Part shown: positions 26,131-38,377 of the stretch, piece after piece
How the letters are laid out: every line of letters begins with the position of its first letter
How positions within the stretch are numbered: position 1 is the stretch's first letter
Source of the DNA: Octopus sinensis
Lineage: Eukaryota
Assembly: GCF_006345805.1 (NCBI RefSeq)
Contig: NC_043002.1
Coordinates: forward strand, 83,576,001-83,640,000
Reading direction: 5' to 3'
DNA length: 64,000 nt
Position numbers and translations under genes: made by a program
Notes under the pieces: generated by a model
The model's input: the letters and a program-made list of their open reading frames with translations, nothing else
What the model was told of the DNA's origin: nothing
Databases searched by the model: none

Positions 26131-26370
26131 ATATACTTTATTTAAAGCAGCAGAAAATTCAACAAAATCTGTTACTCTGAGTTTCTCGTTGCCGTTCATC
26201 AGATAGTTTTTGTTAGATTCTAACAAAAACTGTCTGATGAACGGCAACGAGAAACTCAGAGTAACAGATTTTGTTGAATTTTCTGCTGCTTTAAATAAAG
26301 TATATTACTCTACCTCTAGTATTTGAGTACTCTTTTTTTCCACCTTGTTTCACATTTATGTGTTTATTCC

Positions 26371-26372
<2 letters not shown>
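26131..26372. mobile_element. Short foldback element (87-bp arms, 1-nt loop) plus tail in (TA)n, hammerhead motif on each strand
   Basis: 26131-26217 and 26219-26305 are reverse complements with one mismatch. Unique tail 26306-26372; (TA)n on both sides. Confidence 0.85.
26225..26272 (+). ncRNA. Minimal type-I hammerhead motif (mirror copy on minus at 26164-26211)
   Basis: AAAAACUGU-CUGAUGA-ACGGCAACGA-GAAA-CUCAGAG-UA-ACAGAUUUU. Stem I CUGU/ACAG, palindromic stem III ACUC-A-GAGU, GUA site at 26261-26263; stem II weak (CG-GCAA-CG). Confidence 0.65.
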
Positions 26373-26437
<65 letters not shown>

Positions 26438-27587
26438 GTCTTATGCACACAATCTGCACAGGAGAATTAAAAATTACTGCCGATTTTAGCAGTTTTGTAA
26501 GTTCTTGCGGAACCCTAAGGTTCCGCGGAACCCTGGTTGAAAAACACTGATATAATCAATAAAGAGACAAAAGAAACAGTATGATGATACATGTTGATTT
26601 TATTAGGTATTTCTGTTTATTTAGAAGTCTACAATGAAAAGGTCATTCCACAGACGCTAAACTATAAATTTGACAGGGTACAATCTTTAAGTTGACACTG
26701 CTCCGCTAAAAGCAGAAATTTTCTGTCTCTATAAATTCACAGTTTTTTTCGATTTTTAAACCTCCGTAACTTTTTTCCTCCAATTTTCGTCTCCACAACA
26801 TACTTTCATAGCAATTAGATTGGAAAACTTTATTATTATAGCCGATTTTCAGATTATTTTTTTTTACTCTCTTTAAAAAAAAATGCGTATTTTGCGAATG
26901 AAAAAAAACTAGATCCTAATTAAGTACTGCGACCCGGTTCGTTCGACTAAAAAAAATTTCAAGGCTGTGTTCCAGTATGGCCGCAATTTAACGACTGAAA
27001 GAAATAAGTGATACTGAAATACACACATATGCAAGCACACACACACACACACGGACATACACGCCAACACACAAACACAGAAACACTTTCATGCACACAC
27101 ACACACACACACATACGTAAACATGCGTTGTCTGTGAACGTCAGTCTATATATATATACTCAGGTGGGTGTTTGCGTGAATAATTCGTTGCAATTTCCCA
27201 CCGTTTAGTGTGTCGATGAAAAAAGATATAGAGGTTACTTTTTCATGCTCTCATAATTTTGACTTCCAGTTCAAACGTAGTTACAAAAATAATTTGTTTC
27301 TGTTTTCCTTATGTACAACTCCTTTTATGCTTTGTAATATAAGTTAGACAATCCTTCTCCTTGCCGACCAATACTTATTTATTTTGTTCATTTTTTTTTA
27401 AAACAAGAACAGACAAGAACAAATACGCTTGAGAATTCTCCCTTTTTTTTACGCCTATATTCAAGGACTTCGATCCATTCTGGAGCCTAAACACGACCAC
27501 CAGCTTATGCTGACACACAAACTTGTTCTACAATTCAGTCAATTGGCAAACCTCTCCGAAGTTGCTCCAATATTAGTAATAATCTCA

Positions 27588-28165
27588 AGACGGCGAGCCG
27601 ACAGAAACGTTAGCACGCCGGGCGAAATGCGTAGCCGTATTTCGTCTGCCGTTGCGTTCTGAGTTCAAATTCCGCCGAGGTCGACTTTGCTTTTCATCCT
27701 TTCAAGATCGATTAAATAAGTACCAGTTACGCACTGGAGTCGATATAATCGACTTCATCCGTTTGTCTGTCCTTGTTTGTCCTCTCTGTGTTTAGCCCCT
27801 TGTGGGTATGAAAGAAATAGGTATTTCGTCTGCCGCTACGTTCTGAGTTCAAATTCCGCCGAGGTCGACTTTGCCTTTCATCCTTTCGGGATCGATTAAA
27901 TAAGTACCAGTTACGCACTGGGGTCGATATAATCGACTTAATCCGTTTGTCTGTCCATGTTTGTCCTCTCTGTGTTTAGCCCCTTGTAGGTAGTAAAGAA
28001 ATAGGTATTTCGTCTGCCGCTACGTTCTGAGTTCAAATTCCGCCGAGGTCGACTATGCTTTTCATCCTTTCAGGGTCGATAAATTAAGTACCAATTGCGT
28101 ACAGGGGTCGATCTTATCGACGGTCCCTCCCCCAAAATTTCGGGTCTTTAGTAGAAAAGAATATT
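27588..28165 (+). mobile_element. SINE family B trimer (one head, body repeated with ~184 bp period)
   Basis: gtatttcgtctgcc restarts at ~27637, 27821 and 28005. Confidence 0.9.
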
Positions 28166-28282
28166 AGTAATAATCTAAGGGAGATAACTCCAGACATGTT
28201 TCAATGTTATTGGACTTTCTAACCGAAATATAGACTTCACTGTACCTGCCAAAATTAGTATTTGCATATATAATGATGCATG

Positions 28283-28660
28283 CATGCATACATACATACA
28301 TACATACATACATACATACATACATACATACATACACATACATACATACATACATACATACATACATACATACATACATACATACATACATACATACATA
28401 CATACATACATACATACATACAATACATACATACATACATACATACATACATACATACATACAGACATACATACATACATACATACATACATACATACAT
28501 ACATACATACATACATACACATACATACATACATACATACATACATACATACATACATACATACATACATACATACATACATACATACATACATACATAC
28601 ATACATACATACATACATACATACATACATACATACATACATACATACATACATACATAC
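28283..28660. repeat. (CATA)n microsatellite
   Basis: Seen directly; similar tracts at 33790-34150, 43868-44255 and 46580-46775. Confidence 0.95.
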
Positions 28661-28784
28661 AAAATTTGGGTATTTTAGCCAACCAGAAGCGAGTATTTTA
28701 CACATCACCGTGAAATTCTGTTAGCATAATAAGCATTTTTTTTTTAAAGATTTCGACATGCCGTGACGATAACCACAAAGATCC

Positions 28785-29251
28785 TTATCCTTTTTACTAA
28801 AAGCAAAGGGCCTGAAATTCTGGGGGAGGGAACTAGTCGATTACATCGCCCCCCCCCCCCCCCCAGCCCGAAATGCAAAGTCGGCCTCGGCGAAATTTGA
28901 ACTCAGAATGGAAAGATAAAGGAAATGCCGCTAATCATTTTGTCCGGCGTGCTTACGATTCTACCAGATCGCTGCTTTAACAAATAACAATGCTGCTGCT
29001 GTTGCTGCTAATAATAATAATAATAATAATAATAACCCTTTCTACTAAAGGCACAAAACCTGAAATTTCGGGGGACGGTATGAGTCGATGACATCGACCC
29101 AAATGTTTCACTGGTACTTAATTTATCGACCCCGAAAGGATGAAAGGCAAAGTCGACCTCGGCGGAATTTGAACTTAGATCGCGCAGACGGACGAAATGT
29201 CACAAAGCATTTTGCCCTGCGTGCTAACGACTCTGCCAGCGCGCCGCCTTA
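28785..29251 (-). mobile_element. Two adjacent SINE family B copies
   Basis: 28785-28980 (degenerate) and 29035-29251, separated by (AAT)n. Confidence 0.8.
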
Positions 29252-29489
29252 ACAATAAATAAATGATAATAATAACCACGACTATTTTGAAGGACAAAAC
29301 AAAAATGAAATGCAAAGCTGTAAAAACTGGTCGTGCTCCTATACAAAGTTACAATACTTGATAAACGTTAAGTGGTCAAAGAACATGGAAATATGTATGT
29401 ATAGATAATCTGTAAAATACCTGGGTGGGAAAGTTTGACAGCGTGCGAAAGAAAGTCAAAGTTAAAACAATACATGGTCAGATGGGGAG

Positions 29490-30310
29490 AAAGTAGAAAG
29501 AGAAGGGAACAGTGCAAGGAGAAAATGAAGGGAAGAGAGAAGGGAACAGTGCAAGGAGAAAATGAAGGGGCGACAGGGAACAGTGTAAGGAGAAAATGAA
29601 GGGAAGAGGAGGAAGAGAGAAGGGAACAGTGGGCAAGAGAAAATGAAGGGACAGAGAGAAGAGAGAAGGGAAAAGACGCAAAGAGAAAATGAAGGGAAGA
29701 GAGAAGGGAACAGAGCAAAGAGAAAATGAAGGGAAGAGAGAAGGGAACAGTGCAAGAAGAAAATTAAGGGAAGAGAGAAGGGAACAGTGCAAGAAGAAAA
29801 TTAAGGGAAGAGAGAAGGGAACAGAGCAAGGAGAAAATGAAGGGAAGAGAGAAGGGAACAGTGCAAGGAGAAAATGAAGGGAAGAGAGAAGGGAACAGTG
29901 CAAGGAGAAAATGAAGGGAAGCGAGAAGGGAACAGTGTAAGGAGAAAATGAAGGGAAGAGAGAAGGGAACAGTGCAAGGAGAAAATGAAGGGAAGAGAGA
30001 AGGGAACAGTGCAAAGAGAAAATGAAGGGAAGAGAGAAGGGAACAGAGCAAAGAGAAAATGAAGGGAAGAGAGAAGGGAACAGTGCAAGAAGAAAATTAA
30101 GGGAAGAGAGAAGGGAACAGTGCAAGAAGAAAATTAAGGGAAGGGAGAAGGGAACAGAGCAAGGAGAAAATAAAGGGAACAGAGAAGGGAACAGTGCAAG
30201 GAGAAAATAAGAAAAATGAAGGAAGAGAGAAGGGAACAGTGCAAGGAGAAAATGAAGGGAAGCGAGAAGGGAACAGTGCAAGGAGAAAATGAAGGGAAGA
30301 GAGAAGGGAT
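29490..30310. repeat. 37-bp purine-rich minisatellite, ~22 units
   Basis: Unit GAAGAGAGAAGGGAACAGTGCAAGGAGAAAATGAAGG. The variant pattern repeats at 333 bp (9 units). Confidence 0.95.
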
Positions 30311-30330
30311 GTACAGAGAAAAAGGAGAGA

Positions 30331-30374
<44 letters not shown>

Positions 30375-30746
30375 AAGAGAGAGAGATAAAGGGATGGGAG
30401 AAAACGAAGGAGAGAAAGGGATGAGAGAAAACGAGAGAGAGATAAAGGGATGGGAGAAAACGAAGGAGAGAAAGGGATGAGAGAAAACGAGAGCGAGAAA
30501 GGGATGACTGAAAGGAGGCAGATGGAGGGAGAACAAATGGGTGTTTGTCAGTGCACATGTACGGAGCAAACACGCCCCGGTAATTTGAGTTTCTTTTTGA
30601 AGCGCAATTGTTAAATGCATTAGAAGATTGATGCAGAGCAGAAGAATAGTCCGGGTAAAAAGTTCAAGAAAGGTTGCAATTTACTGGGTAAGGAGAACGT
30701 ATTGCATTTAGAAAGCATGAGAGGCAGAATTGATTATAATCATGCA

Positions 30747-30783
<37 letters not shown>

Positions 30784-30967
30784 CGTGTACGGATACATAT
30801 GATGAGACAGCTGTGACACATATCACTCTGACAAGATCAGTGATGAAGAGATCCTCCGGCTGCTGGTTTGCCTCTTATGATGGAGGTAGGTAGTTAGTTA
30901 TATAGGTATGTATGTATGCTTTATATATATATATATATACGTGTGTGTGAGTGTGTGTGTATGTATG

Positions 30968-31066
30968 TCATTATTAAGTTTTATTTCATAATTTCTTGCC
31001 AGTAGAGAAAGAGCTAGTTTCTAACCTAGATTCATTGGAACTTCAATATCAACAACAGGGTATTTT

Positions 31067-31098
<32 letters not shown>

Positions 31099-31385
31099 TG
31101 TATGTATGTATGTATGTATGTGTGTGTGTATGTATGTCTACGTACAGATTTGTATGTTTTGTTTAATGCATGTCTTCTCATGCATATACTTACATGCTCC
31201 ATATACTAGACATGCTCCATATATTTAAATGATAAACTTCTGGAAAGTTTCACAGATTTTTACAGTTCCAGTGATGGATTGTTTCTGCTGTCTTCGAATC
31301 AGCTTTCTCCTTTCTGGTTTTGAGAAGCCTAATTTCTCAAGATTAGTATTTAGGCAGTGTGTAACATATCCTAGTGCCCCAAAGT
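30968..31385 (-). mobile_element. 3' end of a restriction-like-endonuclease (R4/R2-group) LINE in a (CATA)n tract
   Basis: Minus strand reads GALGYVTHCLNTNLEKLGFSKPERRKLIRRQQKQSITGTVKICETFQKFII*, resembling the GxLG...Q....GT..I C-terminus of the Dong-like copies. Bounded by (TATG)n. Confidence 0.6.
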
Positions 31386-31897
31386 ATGTGCGTACGTACG
31401 TACGTACGTATGTATGCGTGTATGTATGTATGTATGTTTGTATGTATGTATGTATGTATGCATGCATGTATGCATGCATGTATGTATGTAGGCAAGAACT
31501 AGGGGTCTATGTAATTGAAAATTACAATGCTAGGCAATTGAATTCTTGAGTATGTTACAAAAATTTATCGTGTTTAATGTAAAATGCATAGCAATAGCTT
31601 GCTTTTTATTACATCTTAACATTATCTATGCAAACTTAGAACTTCTATCAAATATATTTAGCATTTTTTTTATTTTATAAAATATTCGTCTCAGAAGTAT
31701 GAATTGAATACTTAAACTCTGCCTTACATACTTTTCCTTTTTCGCCGCAGGAGAATATAACGTTCACGACTATATTTATTAGGGTCTCCAAAATTGGGGC
31801 GAAAAGGAATGACCTGGGTTTTTCTAAGCGGCCACCCATCTAAATAATAACTGGGATGGACATAACCTCAGTGATCAGACGATAACTTATACGAATA

Positions 31898-32130
31898 AAG
31901 ATGGCGAGCTGGCAGAACCGTTAGCACGCCGGGCGAAATGCGTCAGCCGTATTTCGTCTACCGTAACGTTCTGAGTTCAAATTCCGCCGAGGTCGACTTT
32001 GCCTTTCATCCTTTCGGGGTCGATAAATTAAGTACCAGTTACGCACTGGGGTCGATGTAATCGACTTAATCCGTTTGTCTGTCCTTGTTTCTCCCCTCTA
32101 TGTTTAGCCCCTTGTCGTTAATAAAGAAAC
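31898..32130 (+). mobile_element. SINE family B with 16-bp TSD
   Basis: TSD ATAACTTATACGAATA at 31882-31897 and 32131-32146. Confidence 0.9.
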
Positions 32131-32149
32131 ATAACTTATACGAATATAT

Positions 32150-32543
32150 ATAGGAGTGGCTGTGTGTGTAAGTAGCTTGTTTACCAACCACATGGTTCCG
32201 GGTTCAGTCCCACTGCGTGACACCTTGGGCAAGTGTCTTCTGCTATAGCCTCGGCCGTCCAAAGCCTTGTGAGTGGATTTGGTAGACGAAAACTGAAAGA
32301 AGCCCGTCGTATATATGTATATATGTGTGTGCATGTATGTTTGTGTTTGTCCCCCTAGCATTGCTTGACAACCGATGCTGGTGCGTTTATGTCCCCGTCA
32401 CCTAGCGGTTCGGCAAAAAGAGACCGATAGAATAAGTACTGGGTTACAAAGAATAAGTCCCAGGGTCGAGTTGCTCGATTAAAGGCGGTGCTCCAGCATG
32501 GCCGCAGTCAAATGACTGAAACAAGTAAAAGAGTAAAAGAGTA
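32150..32543 (+). mobile_element. SINE family A, full length (resembles the described octopus OK/OR tRNA-SINE group; exact family not assigned)
   Basis: A-box GTGGCTGTGTG, B-box GGTTCAGTCCC, CORE-like CCTTGGGCAAGTGTCTT, internal (TA/TG)n, tail GGCGGTGCTCCAGCATGGCCGCAGTCAAATGACTGAAACAAGTAAAAGAGTAAAAGAG. Confidence 0.9.
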
Positions 32544-34688
32544 TGGCATAGCGTCGGTGGCGAGAAATAATAGATGATCCTTTAGTATATATCCATGAAG
32601 CTTAAACAACAGTAATTTAGGCTTCTTAGCATTACGATTTTCATGAGAACCTGATTGAAAGTATTGGTTGAACACTGAACTGATGCCATATAATATTTAG
32701 TTTCACCTCTTTACACTTTGATTTCAATCCTACAAGGATTGACTTCTCTTTTTACGAAATCTGTATAAAGAAAAAAAAGTAATTGCAATATAAAAAACGG
32801 TTCACTTAGAACCTCACTCCAACAAGATGAAGTTTTGTGACTTGTCAAAATAAATCAATGATTAATAGCTGTAAAAGCTATAAATTATTTCACACACTGA
32901 CTATTATATTTCTTTTCTCGAGCACCCACTACTAAATCGCTAAGGAAAAATGTATGATCTATAAGATAAATTTGATTGCCCATTTAACCTATTTATTAAT
33001 TGAAATAATATGAAGCTTGGGTGCGAAATTTGTAGGACTATTCAAGGGCAACGGTGATTTAGAAAATTGGAGAAATGACTGATATCGAATTCGATTAAGA
33101 TCTTTCAAAACAGATTCTTGTGAACATATCTTGAATCAGAAAGATACATCATATGTATTTAAAGAGCTTACTTTACGCGTTAAGCAATTGAGAGATGCAA
33201 ATATTTCTGTTGGCAGAATAGATTTTAATAACGTATTCTCTTTCTTGTCTCACTGAACGCTATTTCGCACCTGAGGGGGGACGAAACAGCATTTCGGTGC
33301 AACTACGTGGGCGCCCCGAAATACTATTATAAGTACATTTCCATGTGGGTGTCACTTGTATTATACGAATTTGTTTGAAGACAAGTTATGTATGAGGATA
33401 CATTGGAGATAAAAGCTGTACGTTTTACAACAGATTGAGCGAAGGAGCATATAATATAAGGATATGGATTCGTGTGTGAATATAGAGTGTTTTTAGACTT
33501 AAGATGGGTTCTATACGTCTCAAATCTTGTAAACGTGTCTATACTTATTGTAATAAATACATGTTTCGAGATAAGAAAACTCTTTCGTTAGTTACTTGTC
33601 AGAATGTGTTTGGACCTGTTGACCTTTTGTGGTATTTAACTATTAAAGGATGCCCATTATGTCGAGGTAAAGTCATTAAAATTTGGTACATTTCTTGTAA
33701 TGTTGTTATGTAATAGTAAATTATCACTGAATATTAGTGAAACTAATAGGTTTCAATGTCTTAAAATTATACATGATAATAATTACTCATACATACGTAT
33801 ATACATTCACACACACAGATACATACATACATACATACATACATACATACATACATACATACATACATACATACATACATACATGCTTATATACATACAT
33901 TCACACACATACATACATATATACATACATACATGCTTATATACATACATACATACATGCTTATACACACGCATTCACACACATACATATATACATACAT
34001 ATATACATACATACATAATTACATACATGCTTATATACATACATTCACACACATACATACATACATATATACATACGTTCACATACATACATACATGCAT
34101 ACATACATACATACATACATACATACATACATACATACATACATACATACGGATAGTCTGATAGACAGGCGGACGGACGGACGACGGACAGCTATTCAGA
34201 CGGTCGGACAGCCAGCCAGACAGACGGACGGACAGCCAGACAGACAGACGGACAGACGGATTGACGGACGGACAGACAGACGGATGGACGGACAGGCGGA
34301 CATATATATATATATAGAATAGAACTGTTACGGAACCGAGCCGACCATCATTCAAATGATTGCTTAATACACTTTTTGGTGGAGTTGATATATCTATGTG
34401 TTAGCAAACGGTTCCAAAGAGAGTTCAGTCCTCCGGGCTGTTTGCCAATAATAAATTTGTGTCCTTATACATGTATGTATATATGAATGTACGCCCATCC
34501 GTACGTGTGTTTGAATGTATTACGTATAGTGTTAAAGCACCTTATATTATTATTACTAATAACATCGAATTAACAGCTTAGATATAAATTTGGGGAATGA
34601 ATAAGGTTGTTTTAGTCAACCATATATGATAAATAGAAGCTGAAGTCGTGCTCTACCATTTCCCTCTAAAATGAATTTTATTTTTACA

Positions 34689-34730
34689 CTAGCAGTATCG
34701 TCCGGCGTTGCTCAAGTTTGTATGTTGTTT
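34689..34730 (-). mobile_element. Helitron 3' terminus fragment
   Basis: Reverse complement of gagcaacgccggacgatactgCTAG, nearly identical to the end of the Helitron at 62389. Confidence 0.6.
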
Positions 34731-34900
34731 TACTGGGTGGTTCACACCTGCAGATCGCAGTGGCAAGAAACTCGAGTCGAGAGATTAACTCACAATTTCA
34801 AAATCACATATTCTCTACATGTATTGAGGTACGCCTTAGTCTTTTATCTCATTCATCCAACATAAAACAACGTATGCGCGCGTGTGTGTGTCTATATATA

Positions 34901-35293
34901 TACTTTTTACTCTTTTACTTCTTTCAGTCATTTGAATGTGGCCATGCTAGAGCACCGCCTTAAGTCGAGCAAATCGACCCAGGACTTATTCTTTGTAAGC
35001 TTATTCTATCGGTCTCTTTTGCCGAACCGCTAATTTACGGGGACGTAAACACCAGCATCGGTTATCAAGCGATGTTGGGTGGGTGGGGGGGACAAACGTA
35101 GACACACACACTCACACATACATATATACGACGGGCTTCTTTCAGTTTCTGTCTACCAAATCCACTCACATGGCTTTGGTCGGGCCGAGGCTATAGTAGA
35201 AGACACTTGCACAAAGTGCCACGCAGTGGAACTGAACCCGGAACCATGTAGTTGGTAAGCAAGCTACTTACCACACAGCCAATCCTACACCTA
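34901..35293 (-). mobile_element. SINE family A, full length
   Basis: Reverse complement of 32150-32543. Confidence 0.9.
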
Positions 35294-35302
35294 TATATAT
35301 AT

Positions 35303-35359
<57 letters not shown>

Positions 35360-35362
35360 ACA

Positions 35363-35945
35363 TACAGGTTGCGATGGATAAACTGTCGCCATTTTTTATA
35401 TTTTAATTTCACGCATGTGCATTCTTTGTTTTTGATTTTGTCGACAACACAGTATAGTAGGGTCAGTCGGGCACCGCCTGTGAGAAAAACAGCATCATGA
35501 CGTAATTCGCTCTGCCAGAAATTTGGAAACGACATGCTGTACTGCTTGGCATTCGTGCCGGAAGCTCCAATACAAACATTTCAGAGTGTTTGGGTATCAA
35601 TCTGAGGACATGTACTGAGAGTGATAAAATCAAACATCCAGTCAACATCATGTTGTTTGGAGTGATCACTAGTGATGGTGACGTTATGCCTCCATTCATC
35701 TTCCCACACGGCCTCAAACTCAATACGTAAGACTACATCAAGTGTCTGGAGGAGGTAGTGTGCCCTGGGTCAAGTGGAAGACTCTATCTGGCTGGAGGAC
35801 TCTATCTGGCTGGAGGACTCTATCTGGCAACAGAACTCTGCACAATGCCACACAAGCATGAGAACCCAGTCATGGCTGTCAGGCAATTTTTGCGACCACA
35901 TAACCCCTAACATCTGATCACCTAACTCCCCAGACTGCAACCCCA
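35363..35945 (+). mobile_element. Tc1/mariner (maT/DD37D-like) transposase remnant, internally deleted
   Basis: TA-CAGG start. Reads KHPVNIMLFGVITSDGDVMPPFIFPHGLKLNT*DYIKCLEEVV...WQQNSAQCHTS..TQSWL...NI*SPNSPDCNP. 18-bp triplication at 35776-35828. Confidence 0.8.
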
Positions 35946-35946
35946 T

Positions 35947-36141
35947 TAGCTCACTCTCTCCATCAAATCCATGTTGTCTGAACAGGCACACTGTGTACCA
36001 CACGCCAGGTGTCGAAGTGACCGCAGAGCAACACAAGATGAAGTATTTTGCTCAAGTGCACAACGTACCACCCGTTCTAGGAATTGAAATCACGATCACT
36101 AGATAGTGAGTGCAACACCTTAACCACTACACACGCGTCCT
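35947..36141 (-). mobile_element. tRNA-derived CORE-like SINE family D
   Basis: Minus strand: gaggacgcgtgtgtagtggttaaggtg head, degenerate B-box gatttcaattcct, then ttgtgcacttgagcaaaatacttcatct. Confidence 0.7.
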
Positions 36142-36155
36142 CATATGTATATGTG

Positions 36156-36188
<33 letters not shown>

Positions 36189-36201
36189 CTCTATCTCTCT
36201 A

Positions 36202-36289
<88 letters not shown>

Positions 36290-36308
36290 GATATATATAT
36301 ATAATATA

Positions 36309-36339
<31 letters not shown>

Positions 36340-36449
36340 CTATATATATATAATATATATATATATATAATATATATATATTATTATTATTATTTTTATA
36401 TATATATGTATGTATGCATACACACACACAGACACACACGCACACACAC

Positions 36450-36497
<48 letters not shown>

Positions 36498-36501
<4 letters not shown>

Positions 36502-36820
36502 ATACTAAGCAATAAAGGGTTTAGCAACGAATTGCCTTACCACATACCGAATTTAGAAATAGCAGTCAAAGAGTTATAGCTATTTCTTCTACTAAAAAGG
36601 GAGATCTCAGTAAAAACAGCAATTTTTAGTAGAAGAAATAGCTATAACTCTTTGACTGCTATTTCTAAATTCGGTATGTGGTAAGGCAATTCGTTGCTAA
36701 ACCCTTTATTGCTTAGTATTACTTAAATTTTCCTCGAATGAGGCTTTTACATGCCGAAGACTACTTGGTGTAATTGATAATTATTCCAAATTAATTAACT
36801 TCACCCTTCATTATTACGGA

Positions 36821-36826
<6 letters not shown>
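36498..36826. mobile_element. Perfect foldback (101-bp arms, 24-nt loop) plus unique tail in (TA)n
   Basis: 36498-36598 is the exact reverse complement of 36623-36723. Tail 36724-36826; (TA)n on both sides. Confidence 0.85.
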
Positions 36827-36903
<77 letters not shown>

Positions 36904-37762
36904 TATATATCTTCAAGCCCAATTATATAGTTTTATTCACTTTTAATTTTTACTGTTTGTCGTACAACTGAACTGCTTTGTGGAGTCAGATTTGTTCTAG
37001 AGTTGTCTTACAGGTTACCCGGTTGCCCAGTGCTGTAGTAAATTTGGCTGTAAAATCATGTAGTCTCAATAGAATGAAGGCGGAGTAAAAAGCAAAAGCA
37101 AAGAAAAACGAAGAAAGTCTTTAACTTTGTCTGTGTGTGTGTGTGTGTGTGAGCGAGAGAGAGAAGAGAGAGAGAGAGAGAGAGTGAGGGAGAGGGAGAG
37201 AGAGAGCGAGTGTGTGAGCGAGTGAGAGTGTGAGAGAAAGGTGGAGAGAGAGTGTGGGTAAGAAAAAGAGAAATTAGGAGATCAAAAGAGGAAGAGCGCC
37301 AATGGCTTTATTCTTTTTCTTTCAAGGGCTCCAAAGCGGGTGTGGGGGAAAAGTATAAATTATCACAAGATTGGAGATCTATCTGGCCCGAATTCTCGCA
37401 CTCGGGGTCAAGGTTAGTAGGGGCTGTGAAACAGGGTGACGGATTAGATCTACCGCCCAAGAACCGATATGGTCCCGCTGATAAGCTTCTACACAGAAAT
37501 AACCATGCTTTGGGCAATTCGGGACCGATGTGAAAAAAAAAAAAAGAAAGAAAGAAAGAAAGAAAAAAAAGACCTTCGAATTTACAGCGCGCTGTGAAGG
37601 TCTGATCTACGGAAAGCTGCTCCGTGTTTAAGGGGTGGATGTGGGTGCCAGATGGAACCTATTCCATTACTTTACTTTATCAGCCACATATAATAAAAAA
37701 ATAATAAATAAATGAAATAAAAATTTTAGCCAAGAGCGAGGAAGTTTGAACTCAGAAGACAA

Positions 37763-37978
37763 TCTTTTTTACTATAGGCACGAGGTCTGAAATTTTGGGG
37801 AATGTGACTAGTCGATTACATCGACCCCAGTGTTTCACTGGTACTTATTTTACCGACCCCGAAAGGATAAAAGGCAAAGTCGACCTCAGCGGAATTTGAA
37901 CTCAGAACGTAGCAACGGGCGAAATACCGCTAAGCATTTCGTCCAGCGTTGTAACGATTCTGCCAGCTCACCACCCTT
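37763..37978 (-). mobile_element. SINE family B
   Basis: Reverse complement of head and body. Confidence 0.85.
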
Positions 37979-38377
37979 GAACTCAGGAGATAATGGGGTC
38001 AGAAGTAAAATGATACGCTATTTCAGCCCAATATCGCACCGCTTCTGCCATTTTGTCATACCAGAGTACTGGTTACACAATGATAACAATAAAAATGATT
38101 AGTAACATATGTATAATCTTAAACATTTAAATGGCGTGGGAAGTAAAAATCGATTATTCAACTCCGGTATTTGAGTGGTATTTTATTTTTTTCAGCTCTG
38201 AAATTACTCACGTTAAAATCATCCACCACAAGATTTTAGTTCAGGCGTTAGAGATTTCTTTTAAACTTAGGAAGTAGGTTACAGCATTTTTTTTTTGTCG
38301 AAGAAAGAAACTGTCGATTATCATTATTATTATTATTATTGTTATTATTATTGTTATTATTATTATTATTATTATTT

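Larger units (their letters stand above)
25662..26549. mobile_element. hAT (Charlie-like) MITE with perfect 8-bp TSD
   Basis: CAGTGCTTTTCAA ... TTGAAAAACACTG termini, subterminal GGAACCC repeats, TSD ATATAATC (25654-25661, 26550-26557). Confidence 0.9.
24044..26916. mobile_element. ~2.9 kb TIR-bounded non-autonomous DNA transposon hosting nested inserts
   Basis: Left GGATCTAGTCTTTTCCATTCGCAAAAT vs right (reverse complement) GGATCTAGTTTTTTTTCATTCGCAAAAT. TSD not resolvable next to (TA)n. Confidence 0.6.

Noticed and set aside
29478-30620. 380-aa ORF on the minus strand
   Set aside because: Translation of the 37-bp minisatellite and CT repeats; several frames are open and no domain is present.
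32150-32225. tRNA gene
   Set aside because: A/B boxes are present but continue into a SINE body repeated many times; no proper cloverleaf.
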